Assembly: GCA_017539865.1 (NCBI GenBank)
Contig: JAFYCE010000049.1
Location: 1 to 60,886 of the forward strand
Direction of reading: 5' to 3'
Source: Alphaproteobacteria bacterium
GTDB lineage: Bacteria; Pseudomonadota; Alphaproteobacteria; CAAGCB01; CAG-977
DNA length: 60,886 nt
Position numbers and translations under genes: made by a program. The notes under the pieces were generated by a model, which was not told the DNA's origin, made no database searches, and saw nothing but the letters and a program-made list of their open reading frames with translations. Below, one piece after another: positions 47,619 through 56,804 of this stretch (position 1 is its first letter; each line of letters begins with the position of its first letter).

Positions 47619-48071
47619 ATGCTGAAAATGGCTAATTTATTTGATAAAGTTCAAACGGCAATCAGTGCTTTAAAAAACGATGCCGGCGAGAGCTGCGCAT
47701 TAAGCGGCTTGGAAGAGCGTATGCTTAAAGAACTTTGCTATATCGGTGATTTGGACGCTTTAAAAACACAAGGGACGCATTTTATTCTACCGGTCGGATT
47801 GATTGTTTCCAAATATGTCCGTTTAGGAAAGAATTGCATTCTATATCAAAACGTAACAATCGGAGGAAAGGATTTCCCCGGCCATACGGGTAATCCGGCG
47901 AATTATCCGCAAATCGGAGACAATGTCGTTGTTTATCCGGGAGCATTTATCGCCGGTCCGATAACAATCGGGAATAATTGTATCATCGGTGCGAACACGG
48001 TCGTGTTCGGAAATGTTCCGGATAATTGCATGGTCAGCGGAAATCCTGCCAAAATAACACCGAGAGGATAG
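47619..48071 (+). CDS. Left-handed beta-helix (hexapeptide-repeat) acyl/acetyltransferase
   Basis: Hexapeptide repeats run through IGDNVVVYPGAFIAGPITIGNNCIIGANTVVFGNV. Confidence 0.7.
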   Translation: MLKMANLFDKVQTAISALKNDAGESCALSGLEERMLKELCYIGDLDALKTQGTHFILPVGLIVSKYVRLGKNCILYQNVTIGGKDFPGHTGNPANYPQIGDNVVVYPGAFIAGPITIGNNCIIGANTVVFGNVPDNCMVSGNPAKITPRG

Positions 48072-48214
48072 CCCCTTCATCACAGTTCAACAGTTTTCAT
48101 CCTTATCCGGACAGAAGTCATGGCATTTCAAATGTTTTTACGGATAAAGGATGTCAAAATGGATTGAAAACTGAAAAATCTCGGGTATATTTTAAGAAAA
48201 AAGGAGTTTTCTTG

Positions 48215-49075
48215 ATGCCCAGAATTTCGGTGTTGCTTCCGGTATACAATACACCGGAGCTTTATTTGCGGGAATGCATTGACGGGATATTATCCCAGAC
48301 TTTTGCTGATTTTGAATTGATTATCGTCAACGACGCTTCTCCGGATGAAAATGTCGAGCGAACCGTTAAAAGTTATAAGGATTCCCGTATCCGTTACGTC
48401 CTTAATGAAAAGAACATGGGAATATCGGAAACGCGCAACAAACTGATTGATTTGGCGCAAGGCGAATATTTGGCCGTACATGACCATGACGATGTGTCCG
48501 TTCCGGAGCGTTTTGAAAAACAAGTCGCCTATTTGGACGCACATCCTGAAATCGGAATTTTAGGAACGGCTCACATTGAAATTCCCAAGAATAAAATCGT
48601 TATGCATCCGCTGGAAAATGACGAAATAGAAGAGCGGCTGATGTATGACTGTCCTTTGATTCATCCGTCGGTGATGATGCGCAAAAGCGTTTTGATCAAA
48701 ACGGGCGTACGATATGACAAAGCGTATTTTCCGACGGAAGACTATAATCTTTATCTGCATCTGATCGGCAAGACGCGTTTTGCCAATCTGCCGGAGGTGT
48801 TGTTCAAATACCGCAAACATGATTCAAACACAACGAACAAAGCAACGCAGCATATTCGGGAAATCGAACGGAATGTTTTCGCTTATCTGCAATCGGAGCA
48901 TGCTGCGCTTTGGCAAAAAGCCCAAAGTCGCCATGTTCGCGTAACAAAAATCAAAATATTCGGAATACCCGTTTTAAAAATCAAACATTTTCAGACGACG
49001 ACGAATTATTATTTATTCGGTTTTTTACCCGTGGCTTCCGTTTATTCCAAGATATCGGCAAAGAATAAACTGTAA
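48215..49075 (+). CDS. Family-2 glycosyltransferase
   Basis: ATG 48215 follows AAGGAG. The product begins MPRISVLLPVYNTPELYLRECIDGILSQTFADFELIIVNDASPD and has a DHDD motif. The ORF-track start at 48026 is considered too far upstream. Confidence 0.8.
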   Translation: MPRISVLLPVYNTPELYLRECIDGILSQTFADFELIIVNDASPDENVERTVKSYKDSRIRYVLNEKNMGISETRNKLIDLAQGEYLAVHDHDDVSVPERFEKQVAYLDAHPEIGILGTAHIEIPKNKIVMHPLENDEIEERLMYDCPLIHPSVMMRKSVLIKTGVRYDKAYFPTEDYNLYLHLIGKTRFANLPEVLFKYRKHDSNTTNKATQHIREIERNVFAYLQSEHAALWQKAQSRHVRVTKIKIFGIPVLKIKHFQTTTNYYLFGFLPVASVYSKISAKNKL

Positions 49076-49169
49076 GCGGAGCGACCGGTTCGTTTTCTTT
49101 CTCGACAATTACCGGTTTTTTCGTTAATGTTCAAAAATGCTTCAAGGGTATTGTTAAAAACGGAAAAAG

Positions 49170-50960
49170 ATGTCTGTTCTTAATGAAATAAAAAACAAAA
49201 TAACGAACTCTCCGGTTGTTGTAAACTACCGGAAAATGTGGCCGTATGTGAAACCGTACAGCGTCAGAGCCGTTTTAGCCGTATTGATTACAATTCCCAT
49301 CGGCTCTTTTGATGCCATCACCGCCGCGATTTTAAAGCCGTATATGGATATCGTTCTGGTTGAAAAAGAAGCGGCAGCCGTTTCCCTGATGCCGTTGGTC
49401 ATCATTTTGGGAAGTTTGCTGCAAAGCATTTGCAACTATGCGGCGACATATTTGAACACTTGGGTCGGCCAGAAAATCACCATAGACATGAAAATGAACC
49501 TGTTCCGCAAACTGCTGTTCAAAGACGCCTCTTATTTTGACCATTCGTCTTCCGGCGACGTCATTATGCAATTCAGCACTTGCGCGGAAATGGCCTGCGG
49601 CGGTTTGCTGGCAAACGTTAAATTGTTCACCACACGTTTTTTCTCTTCTATATCGTTGATTTGCGTTTTATTCTGGAATTCATGGCAATTGGCGATCGTC
49701 GCGCTGATTTTTATGTTCGGCGCACTTTATCCGTTAACGACCATCCGGAAAAAAATTAAATCTCTGATGGGTAAGCAAATCGGCGGATTGGCCGCTGTTA
49801 CAACGCATTATAACGAAACATTTTCCGGCAATCGAATCATTGCTTCTTACAATTTGCATCAGTATGAAGAAAATCGTTTTTTCAATGACTTGAGGGGCAT
49901 TTTCCACTTACAGATGAAAATGGTCCAAAGAACCGGCGGATTGTCGCCATTGGTTCATTTCATAGTTTCTTTAGGAATAGCCGGAACGATTTGGTTGGGC
50001 AGCTGGTTGATTGTCACGCATCAAATCACCAGCGGCAATTTCGTTTCTTTTATTGCGGCGTTATTGATGCTTTACACACCGATTAAAGGCATCGGAAACA
50101 GCTTTACCGCCGTGCAGATGTCTTTTTTAATGATGGAACAGGTTTTTTCTCAATTGGCTTCCATTCCGAATGTCCGCAATGCTGAAAATCCCGTGCCGCT
50201 GAAAAATGTTCATAAGGAGATCGAATATAAGAATGTTACGTTTGAATATATACCGGGGAAACCTGTTTTAAAAGGTGTTTCCGCTGACATCGAAATCGGC
50301 AAGATGTATGCTTTTGTCGGCAATTCCGGCGGTGGAAAAACGACATTCGTCAATTTGTTGCCGCGTTTTTACGATATTACCGGCGGGGAATTGTTAATTG
50401 ACGGGATTCCGATTAAAAATATTGATTTGCATGACTTGCGCGAAAACATCGCCATTGTGTTTCAGGATAATTTCCTGTTTTCCGGTACAATTCGCGACAA
50501 CATCCTGTTGGGCAAGACGGATTATTCGGAAGAAGATTTGAAAAAAGCGGTTAAAAATGCCTGCTTGGAGGATTTTATCGCATCTTTGGACAAAGGGCTT
50601 GACACGCAAATCGGCGAGCGGGGAGTTTTGCTGTCCGGCGGACAAAAACAGCGTATTGCGATTGCTCGCGCGTTTATGAAAAATGCGCCGATTGTCATTT
50701 TGGATGAAGCGACTTCCGCTTTGGACAATAAGTCTGAAGCCATCGTACAGCAAGCCATTGATAATCTGATGAAAGACAGAACGGTTTTGGTTATTGCACA
50801 CCGTTTATCAACCGTAAAAAATGCGGATAAAATATTTGTTATCAATGAAGGCGAGATTGTTGAAAGTGGTACGCATGAGGAATTGTTAAAGCTTGGCGGA
50901 GAATATGCCGCTTTATACGAAATGCAATTCAAGAAAAAAAGAAACAACGACGCATCCTGA
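49170..50960 (+). CDS. ABC exporter, fused permease/ATPase (MsbA-like lipid/polysaccharide flippase type)
   Basis: Six N-terminal TM segments precede an NBD with GNSGGGKTT, LSGGQKQR and ILDEATSALD. Confidence 0.85.
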   Translation: MSVLNEIKNKITNSPVVVNYRKMWPYVKPYSVRAVLAVLITIPIGSFDAITAAILKPYMDIVLVEKEAAAVSLMPLVIILGSLLQSICNYAATYLNTWVGQKITIDMKMNLFRKLLFKDASYFDHSSSGDVIMQFSTCAEMACGGLLANVKLFTTRFFSSISLICVLFWNSWQLAIVALIFMFGALYPLTTIRKKIKSLMGKQIGGLAAVTTHYNETFSGNRIIASYNLHQYEENRFFNDLRGIFHLQMKMVQRTGGLSPLVHFIVSLGIAGTIWLGSWLIVTHQITSGNFVSFIAALLMLYTPIKGIGNSFTAVQMSFLMMEQVFSQLASIPNVRNAENPVPLKNVHKEIEYKNVTFEYIPGKPVLKGVSADIEIGKMYAFVGNSGGGKTTFVNLLPRFYDITGGELLIDGIPIKNIDLHDLRENIAIVFQDNFLFSGTIRDNILLGKTDYSEEDLKKAVKNACLEDFIASLDKGLDTQIGERGVLLSGGQKQRIAIARAFMKNAPIVILDEATSALDNKSEAIVQQAIDNLMKDRTVLVIAHRLSTVKNADKIFVINEGEIVESGTHEELLKLGGEYAALYEMQFKKKRNNDAS

Positions 50961-51143
50961 ATGTTGAACAATAAACTTCACACGATGGGCGCGGGACAAA
51001 ACGTCAACATTGCTTATACGCCGGTAACCAATGAAAAATATTATCTCCACTTTTACCGGACAATCGTTTAATGTTGTCATCGCAAATACGTCGGTTTGAA
51101 GATGTGCAAAATGAGTTTTTAGCTTTATACAAGAAATTGACAA

Positions 51144-51851
51144 ATGACTGAATATGTGGGAATTGACGGGTGTCCTGCCGGATGGATTGCCGTTTTTATA
51201 AATGAATATGGCATGTTGAATGTTGAAGTCGAGAAGAATTTAAAAGACTTTCCGTTTGACAGACAATATCCGAACGACATTATTTTAATTGATATGCCAC
51301 TGGGATTGGAAAACAGACCTGACGGAGCGTTGCGCAAAGCGATGAACGGGAATAAAAGTTCTGTTTTTTCTCTTTCTGAAAAATTACCTTCTACGGAAGA
51401 AGAATATGACAGTGTCAAAGATACGATTACTATGTCAGAACAAACAAAAGCAATTATGCATAAAATTTATGAAGCAAAAAGATTTGCAGGAAAAGACCCT
51501 GCGATTTTTAAGTTTTGGGAATCTCATCCTGAGTTTTGCTTTGAATTATTAAACAACCGGAAACAGCTTTTTCCTAAAAAAACAGGTGCGGAACAGGCCG
51601 AGCGCCTTTTAATTTTGAAAGAATATCTTGGCGTTGCCGGAATTGAAAAGCTTTTGCAGGAAGCCTCAAAACAAGAAAAGGACGCCTTTTTCAAATTTGA
51701 TGATTTGCTTGATGCTGCCTGTTTAGCTGTGATGGCTAAAATAATCGGCACAAAAGAAAATTGCAGCGTCATTACGGATAAAGGGAAACAAATGACTGTC
51801 CCTGACAGGTATCCTTTTATCGCTTACGCAAAAAATTTGGGGCGTTACTGA
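51144..51851 (+). CDS. DUF429-like protein (predicted RNase-H-like fold), unknown function
   Basis: The N-terminus YVGIDGCPAGWIAV resembles the DUF429 signature. The gene is AT-rich (33% GC in line 51241). Confidence 0.5.
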   Translation: MTEYVGIDGCPAGWIAVFINEYGMLNVEVEKNLKDFPFDRQYPNDIILIDMPLGLENRPDGALRKAMNGNKSSVFSLSEKLPSTEEEYDSVKDTITMSEQTKAIMHKIYEAKRFAGKDPAIFKFWESHPEFCFELLNNRKQLFPKKTGAEQAERLLILKEYLGVAGIEKLLQEASKQEKDAFFKFDDLLDAACLAVMAKIIGTKENCSVITDKGKQMTVPDRYPFIAYAKNLGRY

Positions 51852-52047
51852 AAAAATCAACTTCTCCAGCGTTTGCTAAAGATTGTTTATGATTGATGAT
51901 GATGACGGGCTTGAAAAATCCGGTTGTTTCATTGATAATCATTCTTGTTCATTGGCAGGAACAAAACGGAAATACGGCGGCGCCCCGGCAGTACCCCGGA
52001 ACTTTCGGAGAAGAATGAAACAAGGATTTTTGAAAGATCGCCGGAAC

Positions 52048-52073
52048 AAAAAAAGCCTTGATTTCTCAAGGCT
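52048..52073 (-). terminator. Rho-independent terminator downstream of tRNA-Leu
   Basis: A perfect 8-bp stem (agccttga / tcaaggct) with a 4-nt loop is followed by T7 on the minus strand. Confidence 0.6.
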
Positions 52074-52079
52074 TTTGAT

Positions 52080-52167
52080 TGGTGCGGAAAGCGGGACTTG
52101 AACCCGCACGAGGACAAAGCCTCAACAGATTTTAAGTCTGTTGTGTCTACCATTCCACCATATCCGC
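52080..52167 (-). tRNA. tRNA-Leu (anticodon TAA)
   Basis: Hand-folded: anticodon stem ACAGA/TCTGT with loop CTTAAAA, long variable arm, T-arm GCGGG-TTCAAGT-CCCGC, CCA. Length 88 nt. Confidence 0.9.
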
Positions 52168-52206
52168 GAAAGGGACAAGATATTTATTAGCACAAGGAAC
52201 CACCGA

Positions 52207-52629
52207 ATGAAAAGAAACTTTTTGCTTTTAGGTATATTTTTTTTAAGCGCATGCGCTTCGGAAGATTTTCCGCTCAATTCGGATTGTCCTGTTTCTTACG
52301 GGCAGTGGGTGGACGTTCAATTTGAATACGGCAGTGCGGAACTGAATGAAAACGCGATCCAACAAATAAAAGAAATTGCAAAAGAAGCTCGGGAAAACGA
52401 TTCTTTTGTATGTTTTTTAGGAAAACTTTCTTATAGGGGTGTTCCTTCTTTTCAAGCGACGGGAGCTCTTGATCGGGTGAAAAATACAGCGGCGATTTTT
52501 TTGAAAGAAGGCGTGGAACCGACAAACATCTATATCGGTATCGCAGCTGAAAATCCCAAAACCGGTTTTTCCAATCCGCAAACTGCGGCGCAAGAGGAAC
52601 ACATATTGAATATTTTAGTCGGGAAATAA
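52207..52629 (+). CDS. Small lipoprotein with an OmpA-C-like (peptidoglycan-associated) domain
   Basis: ATG 52207 gives MKRNFLLLGIFFLSAC (lipobox). VQFEYGSAELNENAIQQIKEIA resembles the start of OmpA-like domains. Confidence 0.5.
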   Translation: MKRNFLLLGIFFLSACASEDFPLNSDCPVSYGQWVDVQFEYGSAELNENAIQQIKEIAKEARENDSFVCFLGKLSYRGVPSFQATGALDRVKNTAAIFLKEGVEPTNIYIGIAAENPKTGFSNPQTAAQEEHILNILVGK

Positions 52630-52699
52630 TCCGGTACGCTTCTTTTATCGTCACGCTTGGGCTGCCAATCCGGACGAAAAGGAGGGGCTTATCAGAACA

Positions 52700-53191
52700 C
52701 TATAAAAACGGATCGTAAGCCCATTGCAATAAAGCCTGTCTTTGCCGGCGGCGGCAGGATAAATCAGCCGGCAGACAATTTTGTTCCACCTGTGCTTTGT
52801 GACGTTTAAAAGATTTCCACCTTTTGATTTGAACGGCATCAATATCGGAAAGTCTGCGCCCCATATAGTAGCGGCAATACCATTGGAACCACCCGCGCGG
52901 ATCGGGGTCAAAAATCCAGCCGCGTTTTTGCCATTCGGGCAAAGACATTCTGGATTTGATTTGAAAACAGTTTTTCGTTATGTCGGGCGCGTCGGGGGAA
53001 AGTTTGGCGTTTACAAACCAATCAGCGGGAAACTCAGCTTGGCAGTCGTTCAGATAGTGCCCTTCGAATATGCCCAGTTCCAACATTTCTTTCGGTGTCA
53101 GTTCGGGCGCAAAATCAGGCGCAAACGCTTTTCCCGCCGGTGCGGAAAGAGCGTATTCGTATCCCTGCTGCATTCTATCGAAAACAATCAT
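52700..53191 (-). CDS. Conserved-looking hypothetical protein, family not assignable by eye
   Basis: The product of about 163 aa starts at ATG 53191 (GAAAGG upstream). A Trp/Arg-rich block reads PEWQKRGWIFDPDPRGWFQWYCRYYMGRR. Confidence 0.5.
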   Translation of the reverse strand: MIVFDRMQQGYEYALSAPAGKAFAPDFAPELTPKEMLELGIFEGHYLNDCQAEFPADWFVNAKLSPDAPDITKNCFQIKSRMSLPEWQKRGWIFDPDPRGWFQWYCRYYMGRRLSDIDAVQIKRWKSFKRHKAQVEQNCLPADLSCRRRQRQALLQWAYDPFL

Positions 53192-53247
53192 GAAAACCCG
53201 CCTTTCTTTATTCAAATAAGGCGGCTAAAAACTGTTTTCCACCAACC

Positions 53248-53685
53248 TTATTGTTCTTTAATCCGTTCGTTCAAATCCGCCGTAATGTCCGCCAGACTCA
53301 TACTGCGCAGTTTCAATTCCATAACTTCTTGCACAGCCGTCAAACGTCCGTCCAGTATTTCGTAAATATTCCGTCCGACCGGACAATTTTTGTTTGAATT
53401 TTTGTGAATACGGAACAGCCTCCCTTTTTCCAAAGGTTCAATTGCCCGATATACATCCTGCAGACAGATTTCATCCGCCGGCTGTTTCAGATAAGCTCCG
53501 CCCGTTCCGCGATCGACCCGTATCAATCCCGCCGCCTTCAGCTGAAGCAGGATATTACGGATGATGACCGCATTTGTGTTCACGCTTTCGGCCAGAAAAG
53601 CGCTGGTGACTTTTGTTTGCTTTGAAAAGGCTGAAATACACGCCAAAATGTGCAAAGCTATCGTAAAACGGCTGGAAATCTGCAT
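53248..53685 (-). CDS. Rrf2-family transcriptional regulator
   Basis: The N-terminus MQISSRFTIALHILA plus a winged-helix region is typical of Rrf2/BadM. Length 145 aa. Confidence 0.85.
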   Translation of the reverse strand: MQISSRFTIALHILACISAFSKQTKVTSAFLAESVNTNAVIIRNILLQLKAAGLIRVDRGTGGAYLKQPADEICLQDVYRAIEPLEKGRLFRIHKNSNKNCPVGRNIYEILDGRLTAVQEVMELKLRSMSLADITADLNERIKEQ

Positions 53686-53747
53686 AAAGCCCCCTCAATA
53701 TATCAATTTAATTACATTAAGGTCTTTTTTTGTTGTAATGTCAACTG

Positions 53748-54587
53748 TTACCTCTCAAACGCCTTCAATACGTTATCCGCCGCGATTTTATTGATAACGG
53801 CTTTCAAATAGAGGTCGATTTCGGCATTTTCGGAATAATCGGCTGCGGCTATGATATTGACACGGTCATCCGTAATCAGGTGTTTGATTTTCTCTTTTGC
53901 CCCGTCAACGTGCGGAGGATAGACCGCGATTGAATGACCGCCGCTGATTTTAACCATTTTCATGCAGGGAATATCTGTTTCCCCGTCACCGATGTAAACC
54001 ATGTTTTCGAAAGGAATATCCCGCTTTTCCAAAGGCGTGTATTCGTTGATTGTTTTATTGTCGGTTTCATCCAAAACGCCTTTGTTGATGCGATACAAAA
54101 ACTGCGTTTTTGTCGTATAGTTCAAAGCGACTGCCGGCCATTGCGCCGCGCCATCCGCATCGTACATGAAACAGGAAGCGTAAATTTTTTCAAATTTTTC
54201 AGCGATGCTTGAGCCTTCAATCATTTCTTTCAAGCCGGAAGAAATAATAAAGTGCTTCAACTCTATGTCTTTGTCGGCGGCATAGGCAGAGATACGGTCG
54301 AACCACTCTTCGACACCTTTAAACAGTTTAATTCCTTTGCCGTATTTTTTAAAATCCTCACGTGTGAAAGGAACATGTTTGCTTTTAGATTCTTCAATCA
54401 TCAACTGCATATAGGCCAAAATACCGTCGGCATGCTGTTCTTTGGCGATATCAGCGGCTTTTTTCCAAAAATCCTTGGGATTGGCATACCCCACTTTTTC
54501 GGTAAAACCGTATTCCTGCATATTCCCCGGCGCAAGCGTTCCGTCGAAATCGTAACAGATTGCCATTTTTATTTTCTTTGCCGTCAT
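53748..54587 (-). CDS. HAD-superfamily hydrolase
   Basis: HAD motif I is ICYDFDGTL and motif IV is YIGDGETD. AAGGAG lies 7 nt upstream of the ATG. Confidence 0.7.
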   Translation of the reverse strand: MTAKKIKMAICYDFDGTLAPGNMQEYGFTEKVGYANPKDFWKKAADIAKEQHADGILAYMQLMIEESKSKHVPFTREDFKKYGKGIKLFKGVEEWFDRISAYAADKDIELKHFIISSGLKEMIEGSSIAEKFEKIYASCFMYDADGAAQWPAVALNYTTKTQFLYRINKGVLDETDNKTINEYTPLEKRDIPFENMVYIGDGETDIPCMKMVKISGGHSIAVYPPHVDGAKEKIKHLITDDRVNIIAAADYSENAEIDLYLKAVINKIAADNVLKAFER

Positions 54588-54625
54588 CGCCCGCTCCTTT
54601 CGAACAATATCATGGACAGTATAGC

Positions 54626-55129
54626 CTATTTTTTGAAAAAATCAGCTTTTTCCAGTTCAAGCAATTTGATTTTCCTGTCCACGCCTCCGGCATAGCCGGT
54701 CAATTTTCCGTTTGCGCCGATAACACGATGACAGGGAACAATCAGAGCCACCGGATTGCGTCCGACCGCATTGCCGACCGCTCGCGCGGACATACGACCG
54801 GATAATTGAGCCGCGATTTGTCCGTACGTCCTTGTTTGGCCGAACGGAACGGTCAGCAAAATATCCCAGACAGCTCTTCTGAAACCGGAGCCGCACAGAT
54901 TTAACGGAGGAATAAAATCGGGAGCGCTCCCCTTGAAATAAATATCAAGCCAGCGCTTCGCCGTATCGAAGACGGGCAAGTCTTTTTCGGAAGTCCCGCC
55001 CGAAAGACCGGCGGCAAAATGTTTCTGCCCGTCGAACCACAGTCCCGTCAGTGCATATCCGTCGCTTGCCAACGTTACGGCGCCTAAGGGCGAAAGATAA
55101 TGATTTGTAAAACCGGATGTTTTATCCAA
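54626..55129 (-). CDS. ogt: Methylated-DNA--protein-cysteine methyltransferase
   Basis: The active site is IVPCHRVIGANGKLTGYAGG. The gene overlaps the tag stop by 8 nt. Confidence 0.9.
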   Translation of the reverse strand: MDKTSGFTNHYLSPLGAVTLASDGYALTGLWFDGQKHFAAGLSGGTSEKDLPVFDTAKRWLDIYFKGSAPDFIPPLNLCGSGFRRAVWDILLTVPFGQTRTYGQIAAQLSGRMSARAVGNAVGRNPVALIVPCHRVIGANGKLTGYAGGVDRKIKLLELEKADFFKK

Positions 55130-55742
55130 AGTGACACACCTGTTTTTCCGCTTCCCTTTTTTTATTTACGGTTAAAGAAACGGCATTGATAAAGGCGTAT
55201 CTCGGACAGTTCTTATCGTGGTCGTTGATAATGCCGCACGCCTGCAAATGCGAATAAACGGTAATCGAGCCCAAATATCTGAAGCCCCGTTTTTTCAAAT
55301 CTTTGGCGATTCTGTCGGACAGCCCGTTGGAAACGGGAATGAAGCCGTCCGCGTGCTTGTCGTATAAAATCGTTTTTCCGTCGGAATATCCCCACAAATA
55401 CGCGCAGAAAGTGCCGTATTCCGCCCTGATTTGTTGAAAGCGTTTCGCGTTGTTGATGACAGCTTCAATCTTGCGGAGCGAGCGGATCATCCCTTCGGTG
55501 TTCAAAATCCGTTCGACGTCCCTTTCCGTATAAAGCGCGATCTTGTCGTAATCGAAGTTATCAAAACATTGCCGGAAAATTTCGCGTTTCCGAATCATCA
55601 AATTCCAGCTCAAACCGCACTGCATCGCCTCAAGCATCAAAAATTCGAACTGCTTGAGATCGTCATGAACGGGAACGCCCCATTCCTCGTCATGATACTT
55701 CCGGCACAACTCTGACGCCTTGTCCCAATCGCAATAGCTCAT
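55122..55742 (-). CDS. tag: DNA-3-methyladenine glycosylase I
   Basis: The N-terminus is CDW...YHDEEWGVPVHDD, and a zinc-snap Cys/His pattern is present. Confidence 0.9.
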   Translation of the reverse strand: MSYCDWDKASELCRKYHDEEWGVPVHDDLKQFEFLMLEAMQCGLSWNLMIRKREIFRQCFDNFDYDKIALYTERDVERILNTEGMIRSLRKIEAVINNAKRFQQIRAEYGTFCAYLWGYSDGKTILYDKHADGFIPVSNGLSDRIAKDLKKRGFRYLGSITVYSHLQACGIINDHDKNCPRYAFINAVSLTVNKKREAEKQVCHFG

Positions 55743-55862
55743 TTTTTCTCTCCGGCCGGAAGAATACTATATTTGCCGCCGTCCCGCAAAGCTAAAATCC
55801 GCTTTCGGCCGATGCGGATATTTGATATATTTTTTCCGGCACAGTAATTCAGAGCAACAAAA

Positions 55863-56723
55863 ATGGCTGTTTCAAAATCACCTCTTATCATGGGCGTCGG
55901 CGAACTGCTGTGGGATATGCTGCCGACCGGAAAAGTCGTCGGCGGCGCGCCGGTCAATTTCGTTTACCACGCGACAAAGCTGGGCGCGCGCGGCGTCGCC
56001 GTCAGCGCGATTGGTACGGACGTTTTGGGAAACGAGTTGCTGAACAAATTGGATCAAAACGGCATCAAACATTGTTTATCCCGTTCGCCTTATCCGACCG
56101 GCACAGTTAAAATCACTTTGAATGACGGCATCCCTTCTTACAATATCGTTGAAAACGTCGCATGGGATCATATCCTTCTTTCCGGCGAAGCGATCGAACT
56201 GGCGAAAAAAGCGGACGCGATCACGTTCGGCACTTTGGCAATGCGACACGAAGACTCCCGCAAAACAACGGAAAAGCTGCTGTCGTTCGTTCCGGACGGC
56301 GTGCTGAAATTCTTCGATATCAATTTAAGGGGAAGATACTACTCCCGCGAACTGATAGATTCTCTGCTGTCAAAAGCGAACGCTTTTAAAATCAATGACG
56401 AGGAACTGAAGCTGCTGATTCCGATGTTCGGCTTGCCGCAACAGGAGGATGACGCCTGTCGGGAAATAATGCGGCGTTATTCCCTGAATTATGTGGTTTT
56501 GACGGCGGGGGACAAATACAGTGCGGTTTACACGCCGGCGGAAAAATCTTTTCTGCCGACGCCGAAGGTTAAAGTCGTCGATACCGTCGGCGCGGGGGAT
56601 TCCTTTTCCGGCGCGTTTGTTTACGGCATTCTGACGGGAAAATCCGTCCCCGAAGCTCATAAAAAAGCCGTAGAAACAGCCGCGTTTGTCGCTTCGCACG
56701 CCGGCGCCTGGGCAACGACGTAA
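55863..56723 (+). CDS. PfkB-family carbohydrate kinase (fructokinase-like)
   Basis: The N-terminal motif is GGAPVNF and the C-terminal PfkB signature is DTVGAGDSFSGAF. Confidence 0.8.
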   Translation: MAVSKSPLIMGVGELLWDMLPTGKVVGGAPVNFVYHATKLGARGVAVSAIGTDVLGNELLNKLDQNGIKHCLSRSPYPTGTVKITLNDGIPSYNIVENVAWDHILLSGEAIELAKKADAITFGTLAMRHEDSRKTTEKLLSFVPDGVLKFFDINLRGRYYSRELIDSLLSKANAFKINDEELKLLIPMFGLPQQEDDACREIMRRYSLNYVVLTAGDKYSAVYTPAEKSFLPTPKVKVVDTVGAGDSFSGAFVYGILTGKSVPEAHKKAVETAAFVASHAGAWATT

Positions 56724-56804
56724 ACATTTTTCCTTCTTTTCTTCAGCTAAAAAGCATATTTTCATATAGTCCCTGTTTTATTCTTTGTTATCGGAATCGA
56801 AAAA

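Noticed and set aside
48026-48214. The ORF track gives a long N-terminal extension for the GT2 gene, starting inside the acetyltransferase gene.
   Set aside because: The canonical GT2 N-terminus (MPRISVLLPVYN) starts at ATG 48215, right after AAGGAG. The extension has no homology-like features.
50913-51418. Minus-strand ORFs (76 aa and 97 aa) lie around the ABC/DUF429 spacer.
   Set aside because: They have no RBS, no motifs, and overlap better-supported plus-strand genes.
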